Source: Parcubacteria group bacterium (GTDB lineage: Bacteria > Patescibacteriota > Patescibacteriia > UBA2169). From it: a stretch of DNA of 64,000 nucleotides. The stretch covers positions 18,733 through 82,732 of the forward strand of contig JACOYR010000005.1 of the NCBI GenBank assembly GCA_016181765.1, written 5' to 3'. Under the pieces are notes generated by a model, which did no database searches, was not told where the DNA came from, and saw only the letters and a list, made by a program, of their open reading frames with translations. Each line of letters starts with the position of its first letter. Position 1 is the first letter of the stretch. Positions 9,724-19,130 of this stretch are shown piece after piece. Position numbers and translations under genes: made by a program.

Positions 9724-10128
9724 ATGCGTACTGCACAGAAATTAGCATCCTCCCATTATGCCTTGGTGGCCGCGCTTCTCATTGCGGCATTTATTGTTAC
9801 ATGCCGCGGCCTGGTGGCCGGGGGCATGGCCGCGCCCATGGATCACGGGGCGCACCAAACCCAAAAGCAACCCCACGCACTCTGCTGCTCTGTGGAAGAC
9901 GCGGCTGGGAGCGCGGTGCTGCACAGCCAGTTCCAGTCCGCCCTTCCCTCGGCGTACCTGCTCTTTGCGGCGCTTGTCTTTATTTTCTTTTTTCCGCTTG
10001 TCCGCGCGCTCGTTGTTGTGGCGCCTCCCTATGCGGGCTCACTTGAACGCAGGTACGGAGGCACGAGGCTTTATTCCAAGTACGCGGAATTGTTCTCGCA
10101 GGGAATTTTGCATCCAAAAACATTTTAG
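9724..10128 (+). CDS. Hypothetical membrane protein with Met/His/Cys-Cys loop
   Basis: Two hydrophobic segments around MAAPMDHGAHQ...HALCC; TATGCT hexamer 6 nt before ATG; first gene of the metal cluster. Confidence 0.6.
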   Translation: MRTAQKLASSHYALVAALLIAAFIVTCRGLVAGGMAAPMDHGAHQTQKQPHALCCSVEDAAGSAVLHSQFQSALPSAYLLFAALVFIFFFPLVRALVVVAPPYAGSLERRYGGTRLYSKYAELFSQGILHPKTF

Positions 10129-10211
10129 GTTTTGACGAACGCGCAAGAGCTGCTGCGGTTTTTTGTCGCGTTTTTTGCGTTGCAGCGATTACTGTTTAAG
10201 CATTGATACGT

Positions 10212-10685
10212 ATGAGAAAGATTATTATAGGAGTTGCGGCTGCGGCGGCGCTCGGGGGGATTGTCCTGTTCCAGCGCTCTCTTCTTCCTGCCTCCCCCCG
10301 CGGTGCGGGCGATGGTGCGCCAATGGCTGCGGTGGTGCACAAGACTCCGACGTGCGGGTGTTGCGCCAACTACATCACCTACCTCAAGCGCAAGGGGTTT
10401 GAGGTAGAAGTCCAAAACCATGACGATCTCACGGCCATCAAAGAGCAGTATGGCGTCCCGGGCGGATTGGAGAGCTGCCACACCACGGTGATCGGGGACT
10501 ATGTTTCCGAGGGCCATGTTCCGGTTGAGAGCATTATGAGTATGCTTGCCGAAAAGCCGGCGATCGCGGGCCTTGCCTTGCCCGGCATGCCCGCAGGCGC
10601 TCCGGGCATGGGCGGGGTGGCGCGCGGCGAGTTTCCGGTGTACGGCTTTACCGCTTCCGGGGATGTTTCGCGGTACCAGGAGTAG
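10212..10685 (+). CDS. DUF411/CopG-like exported metal-binding protein
   Basis: KTPTCGCC, ESCHT, EGHVP, LALPGMPAGAPGM. Confidence 0.9.
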   Translation: MRKIIIGVAAAAALGGIVLFQRSLLPASPRGAGDGAPMAAVVHKTPTCGCCANYITYLKRKGFEVEVQNHDDLTAIKEQYGVPGGLESCHTTVIGDYVSEGHVPVESIMSMLAEKPAIAGLALPGMPAGAPGMGGVARGEFPVYGFTASGDVSRYQE

Positions 10686-10688
10686 CGT

Positions 10689-11210
10689 ATGAAGCGAACT
10701 ACGTACTATGCGCTTGCTGCTGCGGCGTTCGGGGCAGGCGCGCCAAAGTTGGTACTCGCGCACTGCCCCTTGTGCACTGTAGGCGCGGTTGCCATTGGCT
10801 TGGGCGCGTACCAGCTCGGCGTTTCCACGCTGTCCGTGGGCATTGCCCTTGGAGCAGCGAGCCTTGCCCTCGGCATGTGGATGGCGAAGCTCGTCCGGGT
10901 CCGGTATTTCCGCGGTCAAGGCCTGGCAATCGCATTCCTGGTGTTTGTTACGACTGTCGTGCCGGTTGCCCCGTTTTTGCCCGGCGCGCGCGGGCTCTAC
11001 CTGGCAGGGATCGGGCAGTACGGAACCACGCTCGTGATTCCGAATGTGCTCATTGGCGCGGTTGTGGGCGGCCTCCTGGTTCTCGGGAGCCCGCATGCTT
11101 CTCGCGGCCTTACCCGCCTGCGGAACGGAAAGCACGTGCCGTTCCAAGGAGTTTTTGTTGTCCTGCTGTTGCTTGCGGCCGGCATCGCGCTTGTTGAAGT
11201 AATCGCCTAA
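10689..11210 (+). CDS. Hypothetical membrane protein with N-terminal HCPLC motif
   Basis: Signal-like leader ending LA-HCPLC, then about 4 TM helices. Confidence 0.75.
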   Translation: MKRTTYYALAAAAFGAGAPKLVLAHCPLCTVGAVAIGLGAYQLGVSTLSVGIALGAASLALGMWMAKLVRVRYFRGQGLAIAFLVFVTTVVPVAPFLPGARGLYLAGIGQYGTTLVIPNVLIGAVVGGLLVLGSPHASRGLTRLRNGKHVPFQGVFVVLLLLAAGIALVEVIA

Positions 11211-11214
11211 CCAT

Positions 11215-11751
11215 ATGGCTGATGCTACTACCATTGAACGTTTGAACGAGTTTGTGGCGCGCGTGGACGCCATGAAAAAGCAGGACAAGATGGATTTGTC
11301 TTCTGACCAGGATTTATCCATTGCCATCATGAACCTCGTTTCCATTGAAGAGCACTTTTTCTTTACCGGCGCAAAAACCGGCAAGCACGAGTATTATGAT
11401 ATGATCAAAGAGGTGCGCGAGATGCGCAAGGAGCTGTTAAAAAAGATCATCAGAGAGTACGAGGGCGAGGTGTGGTGCATCTCAAAGCACTTGCTCGCGG
11501 CATGCATGCGGCTTATGGAAGTCGGCACCAAAGCCCTCGGACTCGGCCGGAACAGCGAGGCGTATGATCTGTTCGGCAAGGCGTACAGCCTCTACTCGCT
11601 GTTCTGGGGCATCAACCTGAAGCTCGTGCCAATCAAGGACGCCAAAAAGATTGATGAGCGCGCGCTCAACGTTCATGACGCCAAACCGCAGGGCTTTCTC
11701 GGTTCGCTCGGGGCCATGGTCAAGAAAGTGTTTGATTGCTGCATTGAATAA
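11215..11751 (+). CDS. Hypothetical helical-bundle protein (EEH, WCISKH, C-terminal CC)
   Basis: 178-aa ORF, 4 nt after previous gene; all-helical amphipathic pattern. Confidence 0.8.
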   Translation: MADATTIERLNEFVARVDAMKKQDKMDLSSDQDLSIAIMNLVSIEEHFFFTGAKTGKHEYYDMIKEVREMRKELLKKIIREYEGEVWCISKHLLAACMRLMEVGTKALGLGRNSEAYDLFGKAYSLYSLFWGINLKLVPIKDAKKIDERALNVHDAKPQGFLGSLGAMVKKVFDCCIE

Positions 11752-11769
11752 TTCGTTACTTGCATTCAT

Positions 11770-12690
11770 ATGAAACTACCTACATCAGTTTCGTTCTGGC
11801 GCACCACAACGCTTGTCGTGCTTGTGTTGTTCCTCTTTAACGCGTTGTTTGTGGTCCGCATTACGCCCCGGTTCACCCGCAGCGCGCCCGCGGCAGCGCC
11901 CCAGGGCGCATCGCGCGCTACCGAGGATTCAATCAGCGCGTATGCCGCGGCCGTGATTCCCGAGCAAGGGGTGGTGCTTCCGGTTGCCTGGGGAGACCTC
12001 GGTAGCAAGATGATCGCAAGCGGGGTCATTGACCAGCAGGCGTTTGAGTCAATCTACCAAAACCGCGGCGGCCTCACCGAGGAGGAGCAGGCCATGCTTT
12101 CCGGAACCCTTGCCGGGGATGTGCGCATTACTCCACAAAACGCGGGCGTGCTCTTGAATGTGCTGTGGGCGTTCGGGCTTGCCAATAAGAACCCGGTTCT
12201 GGACCAGGGCCCCATGCAGGATCCGGAGTACGGTGGCGCGGGCAGGTTCGCCTCAACCGGAGGCTGGACGCTTGCGTCCGGGGATCCTATGGACCATTAC
12301 AGCATGCACGAGTTCGTAACGCTCACTTCGGAACAACAGCAGATGGTTGAGCGGGTCGCCCAGGGAATCTATAGGCCGTGCTGCGGCAACTCGGTGTACT
12401 TTCCGGACTGCAACCACGGCATGGCAATGCTCGGATTGCTTGAATTGATGGCCGCAAACGGAGTTGCTGAAGCGGATATGTATCGGTATGCGCTTGCGGT
12501 GAACGCATACTGGTTCCCGGAGACCTACCTCACCATTGCCAAGTACTTGGGCACCCAAGGCCTCTCGTGGCAAGACGCCGCTCCGAAGGAAATCCTGGGG
12601 TACGATTTCTCGTCAAGCGCCGGGTACCAGAACATCGCAGCCCAAGTTGAGCCGGTTTCGTCCGGCGGCGGGGGCGGGTGCGGAGTGTAG
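11770..12690 (+). CDS. Hypothetical membrane-anchored exported protein with RPCC...PDCNHG motif
   Basis: N-terminal TM; YRPCCGNSVYFPDCNHGMAMLG; C-terminal GGGGGCGV. Confidence 0.8.
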   Translation: MKLPTSVSFWRTTTLVVLVLFLFNALFVVRITPRFTRSAPAAAPQGASRATEDSISAYAAAVIPEQGVVLPVAWGDLGSKMIASGVIDQQAFESIYQNRGGLTEEEQAMLSGTLAGDVRITPQNAGVLLNVLWAFGLANKNPVLDQGPMQDPEYGGAGRFASTGGWTLASGDPMDHYSMHEFVTLTSEQQQMVERVAQGIYRPCCGNSVYFPDCNHGMAMLGLLELMAANGVAEADMYRYALAVNAYWFPETYLTIAKYLGTQGLSWQDAAPKEILGYDFSSSAGYQNIAAQVEPVSSGGGGGCGV

Positions 12691-12743
12691 GCGCAAGACG
12701 GGCATGATATACTGTATTCATTAGTACTTAACAAACAAAACAT

Positions 12744-12995
12744 ATGCGATTACGTTCTCTGTTCGCAACGTTTGCCGCATTTGCGGCACTGGTTCCGGCT
12801 TCGGCATCCGCTGAATCGGACGGTTCTTTTAACTGTTCCGGATTCGGCTCCGGATTCGGGGGCATGATGGGCAGCTGGGGAGGCGGCATGATGGGCTACG
12901 GCGGAACCGGGCTCGCCATCTCAACCGTCACCACGGTATTGCTGTGGCTGGTGCTCGGACTCCTTGCGGCCTACCTTTGGAAGCGGGTGAAGTAG
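12744..12995 (+). CDS. Small membrane protein with GGMMG repeats
   Basis: Signal peptide, FGGMMGSWGGGMMGYGG, C-terminal TM followed by basic residues. Confidence 0.7.
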   Translation: MRLRSLFATFAAFAALVPASASAESDGSFNCSGFGSGFGGMMGSWGGGMMGYGGTGLAISTVTTVLLWLVLGLLAAYLWKRVK

Positions 12996-13080
12996 GCGCC
13001 ATACGCCGGCCGGATGCAGGCGTTCCATTGGCGCTTCGTCCGGCTCCGCATGGTCCGTAATTTGTTAATGGTTTAAATTT

Positions 13081-13932
13081 ATGGATTTACTCGTTGGCAC
13101 ATCACTGGCGGCGGCGTTTATAGCCGGGTTGGCCGCTCTGTTCGCTCCCTGCTGCATTACGGTGCTGTTGCCGTCTTATTTTGCCTCCGTTTTTAGAGAG
13201 AGAACGAAAATTTTTTTTATGACTTTTGTTTTCTTTTTGGGCGTGCTGGCGGTATTCTTGCCGCTGGGGCTCGGCGCGGCTTTTTTTGGGCAATTTTTAA
13301 GCCGCTACCACAACGCAATATTCGTCTTCGGCGGGATTTTTTTGCTGGTGCTCGGGCTGATAATAATTTCCGGCCGGCACCTGGCCCTGCCCTGGCACGT
13401 TAATCCCGCCATTAAAAATTACCATCCTTTTTCCGTATTTATTTTAGGAATTTTATCCGGCATCGCCACCACTTGCTGCGCGCCGGTCTTGGCCGGCGTT
13501 TTAGCCCTGTCCGTCCTGCCCGGTTCCGTGCTTTGGGGTTTGGCCTATACCTTAAGTTACGTTTTGGGAATGGTCGCGCCGCTGTTTTTTTTGGCATCCA
13601 TTTTGGACAAGAGCGCGGCGAATAAAAAAATGATGGTATTGCGCCGGAGCATCTCATACCACCTTGGCTCGGCAGAAATCAATGTGACGATGGGCGAATT
13701 GGTTTCCGGCGCCATGTTTACCCTGATGGGCATGTTGATTTTGTTTTTATCCTTCACCAATCGCCTGGCCGCGCATTCGGCGTGGCAGGTTGATATCAAC
13801 ATTTATTTGACAAAATTGTTGCATTTGATTAACGGTTTTATTGCCGCGGTTCCGGAGTATGTTTGGGCGGCCGTTGTTTTCACCTTGTTTATTTTTATAG
13901 TTACAAGAGCGGTTAATTCATTAAAAAAATAA
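13081..13932 (+). CDS. CcdA/DsbD-type transmembrane electron-transfer protein
   Basis: FAPCCITVLLPSY and ATTCCAPVL motifs; multiple TM helices. Confidence 0.85.
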   Translation: MDLLVGTSLAAAFIAGLAALFAPCCITVLLPSYFASVFRERTKIFFMTFVFFLGVLAVFLPLGLGAAFFGQFLSRYHNAIFVFGGIFLLVLGLIIISGRHLALPWHVNPAIKNYHPFSVFILGILSGIATTCCAPVLAGVLALSVLPGSVLWGLAYTLSYVLGMVAPLFFLASILDKSAANKKMMVLRRSISYHLGSAEINVTMGELVSGAMFTLMGMLILFLSFTNRLAAHSAWQVDINIYLTKLLHLINGFIAAVPEYVWAAVVFTLFIFIVTRAVNSLKK

Positions 13933-13936
13933 TCTT

Positions 13937-14647
13937 ATGAGCAGAAGCCACAGCGATTGCGAGCCGGAGAAAGCAAAAGGACAATTTAACAGAACAAACG
14001 TCGTCATTTTGGCGGGGATTGCTTCTTTTACCATTATCGTGGTGGCTGGCATGTGGTTTTTTGCCGGCCCTGGCCCCATAGCCACGGTTGAGCCGCCGGT
14101 TCAACTCGCGCCCGCGGTTGCCGGGGACAGCATGGCCGACCACCATCCGCAAAGCTCTCCGGAGGCGGCGGGGCCGCTCAATGATTTGGTGGGCAAACCT
14201 GCGCCGGATTTTTCTCTGCTGGACGGCGCGGGAAGGAAGTATGATAAAGAAAATCTAAAAGGCAAAAACGTGGTTTTGTTTTTTAACGAGGGGTTAATGT
14301 GCTATCCCGCTTGTTGGAATCAGATAGTGGAATTGAACAAAGACCCGAGGCTGAATACCGCCGATACTGTAGCTCTGTCCGTGGTGGTTGACTCGCCCAA
14401 TGATTGGCAGCAGGCCGTGGAAAAAATGCCCGATTTGGCCGAAGCCACGGTTTTATTTGATGTCGGAACAGAGGTATCGCAAAAAATGAACATGCTCACC
14501 ACGCCGTCCTCCATGCACTATGGTTCTCTGCCCGGGCACAGTTATTTGATTTTTGATAAGGCCGGGATTGTGAGATTTGTTCTTGACGATCCAACAATGA
14601 GCATTCAAAATAGCCGTTTATTTGGTGAACTGCAGAAGTTATTATAG
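13937..14647 (+). CDS. Membrane-anchored redoxin (AhpC/TSA-like fold)
   Basis: GKPAPDFSL, KGKNVVLFF, MCYPACWNQ, IFDKAGIVRF. Confidence 0.82.
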   Translation: MSRSHSDCEPEKAKGQFNRTNVVILAGIASFTIIVVAGMWFFAGPGPIATVEPPVQLAPAVAGDSMADHHPQSSPEAAGPLNDLVGKPAPDFSLLDGAGRKYDKENLKGKNVVLFFNEGLMCYPACWNQIVELNKDPRLNTADTVALSVVVDSPNDWQQAVEKMPDLAEATVLFDVGTEVSQKMNMLTTPSSMHYGSLPGHSYLIFDKAGIVRFVLDDPTMSIQNSRLFGELQKLL

Positions 14648-14665
14648 TATGCACAGGCTGGCTTG

Positions 14666-14694
14666 TTGACAAATAGGGTATAGGGGTATAAGAT
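14666..14694 (+). promoter_or_regulatory. Sigma70 promoter of the csoR-like gene with G-tract putative operator
   Basis: TTGACA-17 nt-TAAGAT ending 6 nt before ATG; spacer contains TAGGGTATAGGGGTATA. Confidence 0.65.
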
Positions 14695-14700
14695 ATATGT

Positions 14701-14973
14701 ATGGTGGACCAAAAGCTAAAAAAACGAGCCATTCACCGGGCCAAAATCATTCGCGGCCAGCTGGATGGGCTGATTAAGGCGATTGAGAAAGAGGCCTACT
14801 GCCCCGAGCTTTTAGGGCAGTCGCTCTCCATGCAAAGATCGCTCAAAAGCCTGGACGCTTTTCTCCTGGAGAACCATCTGCGCACCCATGTCAAACACCA
14901 GATGCAGAGCCCGGGCGACGAGGAGAAAGCGGTCAAAGAATTAATCAGGATTTACACGTTATCCAATAAATAA
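14701..14973 (+). CDS. CsoR/RcnR family metal-sensing repressor
   Basis: RAKIIRGQLDGLIKAIE, YCPELLGQ, LLENHLRTHV. Confidence 0.92.
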   Translation: MVDQKLKKRAIHRAKIIRGQLDGLIKAIEKEAYCPELLGQSLSMQRSLKSLDAFLLENHLRTHVKHQMQSPGDEEKAVKELIRIYTLSNK

Positions 14974-14985
14974 ATATCGTAATAT

Positions 14986-15189
14986 ATGCACGAGCATAAG
15001 GCCGAGCAAAAAAGATCCAAATGGAAATGGATTGTAATCTGCTTTATTATTTTGGCCGCCGTTCTCATCTTGGCTGGCCGTAGAGTTAATCTGCTTGGCG
15101 CTTGGCCATATCTTCTGATTTTGGTTTGCCCGCTGTTGCATCTGTTCATGCATAAAGGCCATGGGCACGACCATGATGATGGCAAATAA
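14986..15189 (+). CDS. DUF2933-like small membrane protein
   Basis: PYLLILVCPLLHLFMHKGHGHDH. Confidence 0.8.
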   Translation: MHEHKAEQKRSKWKWIVICFIILAAVLILAGRRVNLLGAWPYLLILVCPLLHLFMHKGHGHDHDDGK

Positions 15190-15191
15190 CT

Positions 15192-15647
15192 ATGTCGCAA
15201 AATATTGTTAAACCCGTACTTTATGGCGCGCTCGCCAGTTTGATTCTGCTGGGAGTATATTTTGCGGCGCTGACGCTGGTTTCCGGCTGGCCTTTTGCCC
15301 AAAGCCAGTTTAAGCAATTCTGGTATTTTATCGTCAGTCTGGCCTTGGGATTCGGCCTCCAAGCTGGGCTCTATACTTATCTCAAGCAAGCCATCCGGTC
15401 GCACGGCAGCCAGGGAGCGGGCGGCGCCGTGGCCGCGACCGGCGCCACTTCAACCCTGGCCATGGTCTCGTGCTGTGCTCACTATCTGGCTAACATCATA
15501 CCGATATTAGGTATTGCCGGCGCTCTGACTATTGTGGCCCAGTACCAAACAGAGCTGTTCTGGGTCGGCATTGCTTTCAACGTGGCCGGCATCGCTTACA
15601 TTACCAATAAAATCATAAAATATCAGCGGCAACATGAAGCTAAATAA
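15192..15647 (+). CDS. Hypothetical membrane protein with MVSCCAH motif
   Basis: About 4 TM helices; TSTLAMVSCCAHYL. Confidence 0.75.
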   Translation: MSQNIVKPVLYGALASLILLGVYFAALTLVSGWPFAQSQFKQFWYFIVSLALGFGLQAGLYTYLKQAIRSHGSQGAGGAVAATGATSTLAMVSCCAHYLANIIPILGIAGALTIVAQYQTELFWVGIAFNVAGIAYITNKIIKYQRQHEAK

Positions 15648-16080
15648 AATCATCCTGGCTGTAATCATCTTCGTTGCTCTGGTTCTCGTGCTTTTGGTTA
15701 TTTCAAGAAATGACGAGGAAACGCCGCCGCCGGGACAACCAGCCGCGACTTGGGAAACTAAAACTGACGAGCGGCCGCCGGTTACCGTTACCGTGACTCC
15801 GGTTGAATTCGGCAGCGGTTCAAAAACATGGAAGTTTGATGTTGTCTTTGACACCCATTCCGGAAGCCTGGATGACAACATTCTCACGGCGGCGTCTCTT
15901 ATTGATGACAAGGGCAACGCCTATCAGCCGATTTCTTGGGAAGGGCCGGGGCCTGGCGGGCACCACCGCGAAGGAGTTTTGGTATTTAGCGCAGTCAAGC
16001 CAGTCTCGTCATTTATAGAATTAAAGATTAAAAATGTTGGCGGCGTTGCCGAGCGTTTGTTTAGGTGGAGCTTAAAATAA
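15634..16080 (+). CDS. Hypothetical exported beta-rich protein with DTHS and GGHH motifs
   Basis: N-terminal anchor; FDTHSGSL and GPGGHHREGVLVF. Confidence 0.75.
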   Translation: MKLNKIILAVIIFVALVLVLLVISRNDEETPPPGQPAATWETKTDERPPVTVTVTPVEFGSGSKTWKFDVVFDTHSGSLDDNILTAASLIDDKGNAYQPISWEGPGPGGHHREGVLVFSAVKPVSSFIELKIKNVGGVAERLFRWSLK

Positions 16081-16086
16081 ATTATA

Positions 16087-16767
16087 ATGTCCAAGCTCAC
16101 TTTTATCATTTATTTAATTCTGTTCGCGGCGTTGCTGTTGCACCCGCATCTTATCGAACACATCGGCCCAATATCCAAACCGTATGTGGAGTCTATTTTG
16201 AATGTTGTCATTATCGGGCTGGGGCTTCTTACTTACTATCTGCATCAGCGCCGACTTGCCCGCCAGGAGAAAGCCCTAAATATCTCTAAAGCAAAATTAC
16301 TGGAGTCGTTTAAATATATCGGCTTGGTCAACCGCCAGCTGCCTCTGTTGCGGCAGGTCAGCACGGACCTGATGGCGAATAATAATGGCGCCAAACAAGG
16401 CAAAAAGACGGTGTTTGATAATCTTTTGGCCATCGCCGTTGTTTCCATCGCGAAAAAGAAATGGGGAGTCTTGCGGTTTATCGCTGTTGATAGCTACCAA
16501 ACAGTTAAAGAATTTATACACACTCATAACAAAGCGCTTGTTGCCAGCCGCATCAGTAATCGTGAATTAGTCGTGGCGTCTGGCCAGAGTAACTTTGCCA
16601 CCGCTCAAGATTTCTATAGTATACATACCAGCGACCAGGCGGCAGTGGTTAAGGCCTATTTAATCTTTCCCCGCGGCTCCGGCGCCGAGGACCTGGCCAA
16701 TGAATATTCGGTCTTGCAGGCCATTACCGACCAGGCGCAGCTGTTTTTTAAATATTTGTATGTCTAA
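16087..16767 (+). CDS. Hypothetical protein with two N-terminal TM helices
   Basis: 226-aa ORF in operon spacing; TM, coiled coil, then globular part. Confidence 0.65.
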   Translation: MSKLTFIIYLILFAALLLHPHLIEHIGPISKPYVESILNVVIIGLGLLTYYLHQRRLARQEKALNISKAKLLESFKYIGLVNRQLPLLRQVSTDLMANNNGAKQGKKTVFDNLLAIAVVSIAKKKWGVLRFIAVDSYQTVKEFIHTHNKALVASRISNRELVVASGQSNFATAQDFYSIHTSDQAAVVKAYLIFPRGSGAEDLANEYSVLQAITDQAQLFFKYLYV

Positions 16768-16791
16768 ATAATTAAACAAGGAGACAATGTT

Positions 16792-17058
16792 ATGCAATTG
16801 CAACAAAATAAATTAGCCTTGGCCGGAGCCGAGGCGGTTTCCGTTCTTTATCTGGCCTGCGTCATCTTGGTCTGGATTGCGCCCGCGTTCGCGGTTAAGT
16901 TCTTCAGCTACCTGTTCCATGGCATCAACCTCGCGGCCATTACCACTGACGCGGGGCTGAATCTGGGCGCGGTGATCATCGGCCTGGTTGAAGCCTTTGC
17001 CTACACCTACGCAAGCCTGTACCTGTTCGCCTGGTTCTATAACCGCTCGGTGAAATAA
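16792..17058 (+). CDS. DUF5676-like two-TM protein
   Basis: LYLACVILV...YLFHGI...FAWFYN; AAGGAG SD. Confidence 0.7.
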   Translation: MQLQQNKLALAGAEAVSVLYLACVILVWIAPAFAVKFFSYLFHGINLAAITTDAGLNLGAVIIGLVEAFAYTYASLYLFAWFYNRSVK

Positions 17059-17060
17059 CC

Positions 17061-19130
17061 ATGCCAGAACACGATCACAGTTGCTGCCACCATTCGGCAG
17101 ATACTCCGGTACTGCCTGTCGGCAACGGCACGCAAACCTATACCTGCCCCATGCACCCGGAAATCCGGCAGGATCGGCCCGGCATGTGCCCGGAATGCGG
17201 CATGAACCTCGTTCCAGCAAAAGAGAAAAAAGGGGCAATGGACCACGCTGGCCACGACAAGCACGCCGGCCACTCAACGGCCTTGTTTTTGCGCAAGTTT
17301 TGGGTGAGCTTGATTCTCACTGTTCCGGTGGTGTTGTACGCGGATGTTGTTGAGAAGATTTTCAAGTGGTCGCCGCCGGCTTTTTCGGGTTCTGACTTTC
17401 TGCCGTTGGTTCTCGGTTCAATCGTGTTTTTCTACGGGGGCTGGGTATTCCTTGCCGGAGCTGGGCGCGAGATCCGCGGCCGCCTGCCGGGCATGATGAC
17501 GCTCATCGGCATCGCCGTTTCAGCCGCTTATTTTTGGAGCGTGTACGCGGTTTTTGCGGGCGCAGAAGCCCTATTCTGGGAGCTCACGACATTGATTACT
17601 ATTATGCTCCTGGGCCACTGGCTTGAGATGCGGGCCGTGAGCGGTGCCCAAGGCGCGCTCAGAGAACTCTCAAAATTACTTCCGGACACCGCAGAAGTAA
17701 TCCGCAACGGCCAGCCGACAACGGTTCAGTTGTCCGAACTTAGAGAGGGTGACGTTGTCCTAGTGCGGCCTGGAGCCAAAATTCCTGCGGATGGCCGCAT
17801 TGCTGATGGTGAATCAGACGTAAATGAATCAATGGTTACCGGAGAATCAAAGCCGGTGGCTAAAAAGGAGGGCGATGCGGTGATTGCCGGAACCATCAAC
17901 GGCGACGGCGTGCTCAAGATCAGCGTTTCAAATATCGGCGAGAAAACGTTTCTGGCTGGCGTGATGCGCCTGGTTGCCGAAGCCCAGGCATCCAAATCGC
18001 GGCTTCAAATCCTCTCGGACCGGGCCGCGCTCTATTTGACCGTTGTCGCCGTTTCCGGGGGCCTAGTGACGCTCGTTGCGTGGCTTGCCGCGGGCGCGGA
18101 AGTCGGGTTTGCGGTTGCGCGGCTGGTTGCGGTGCTCGTCATTGCGTGCCCGCACGCCCTGGGACTTGCGGTGCCCCTGGTTGCGTCCATTTCCACCACC
18201 AAAGCTGCGCATAACGGTTTTCTTGTAAAACAGCGCCTTGCCTTGGAGGCGGCGCGAAGCGTTGATACGGTTTTGTTTGATAAAACCGGAACCTTGACCC
18301 GCGGCGAATTCGGCGTGGTATCCTATTCTTCAGACGAAGCGTTGGCGCTCGCGGCATCAGTTGACGCGCACTCCGAGCACCCCATTGCTCGCGGCATTGT
18401 TGCGGAAGCCAAGAAACAGGGGCTCGGGCTCCGGGAAGCAAAAAATTTCAAGCGCATCCCCGGTGTCGGCGCCGAAGCCGAAGTGGACGGCAAAAGGGTC
18501 TTTGTCGGCCACCGCGGAAAATCTGATATACAAGTGGAACTGGACGGCGCTGCAGTCGGCACCCTTGCTGTTGCAGACACCATCCGCGTTGAGGCAGCCG
18601 AAGCCCTGCAAGAGCTCAAAGGCATGGGTATGCGGCTTGCCATGATCACCGGCGATTCCGAGGAAGTGGCGCAACAGGTGAGTAAAGAACTTGGCATTGA
18701 CGAATACTTTGCCCGCGTCTTGCCGCACCAAAAGTCAGAAAAAGTCAAAGAGCTCCAATCACGCGGTTTGAGAGTGGCTATGGTTGGCGACGGCATCAAC
18801 GACGCTCCGGCGCTTACGCAGGCTGACCTCGGCATTGCCATTGGCGCGGGAACCAATGTGGCCATTGAATCAGCCGGCATTATCCTGGTCCGGAACGATC
18901 CGCGGGATATTGCCAAAATAGTCAGGCTGTCCAAGATGACGTACGCAAAGATGATCCAGAACCTTTTCTGGGCGACCGGCTACAACGTCGTTGCACTGCC
19001 GCTCGCGGCCGGCGCGCTCTCCGCGTGGGGCATCATTCTTGAGCCGGCCCTTGCCGCGGTGTTCATGTCCGCGAGCACGGTCATTGTGGCCGCCAACGCC
19101 CTGCTCCTCAAACGCGCGCCCTTGGTATGA
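17061..19130 (+). CDS. copB: Copper-translocating P1B-type ATPase (CopB-like)
   Basis: YTCPMHPE..CPECGM N-terminal metal domain, TGES, CPHALG, DKTGT, SEHP, GDGINDAP, WATGYN, MSAST. Confidence 0.92.
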   Translation: MPEHDHSCCHHSADTPVLPVGNGTQTYTCPMHPEIRQDRPGMCPECGMNLVPAKEKKGAMDHAGHDKHAGHSTALFLRKFWVSLILTVPVVLYADVVEKIFKWSPPAFSGSDFLPLVLGSIVFFYGGWVFLAGAGREIRGRLPGMMTLIGIAVSAAYFWSVYAVFAGAEALFWELTTLITIMLLGHWLEMRAVSGAQGALRELSKLLPDTAEVIRNGQPTTVQLSELREGDVVLVRPGAKIPADGRIADGESDVNESMVTGESKPVAKKEGDAVIAGTINGDGVLKISVSNIGEKTFLAGVMRLVAEAQASKSRLQILSDRAALYLTVVAVSGGLVTLVAWLAAGAEVGFAVARLVAVLVIACPHALGLAVPLVASISTTKAAHNGFLVKQRLALEAARSVDTVLFDKTGTLTRGEFGVVSYSSDEALALAASVDAHSEHPIARGIVAEAKKQGLGLREAKNFKRIPGVGAEAEVDGKRVFVGHRGKSDIQVELDGAAVGTLAVADTIRVEAAEALQELKGMGMRLAMITGDSEEVAQQVSKELGIDEYFARVLPHQKSEKVKELQSRGLRVAMVGDGINDAPALTQADLGIAIGAGTNVAIESAGIILVRNDPRDIAKIVRLSKMTYAKMIQNLFWATGYNVVALPLAAGALSAWGIILEPALAAVFMSASTVIVAANALLLKRAPLV

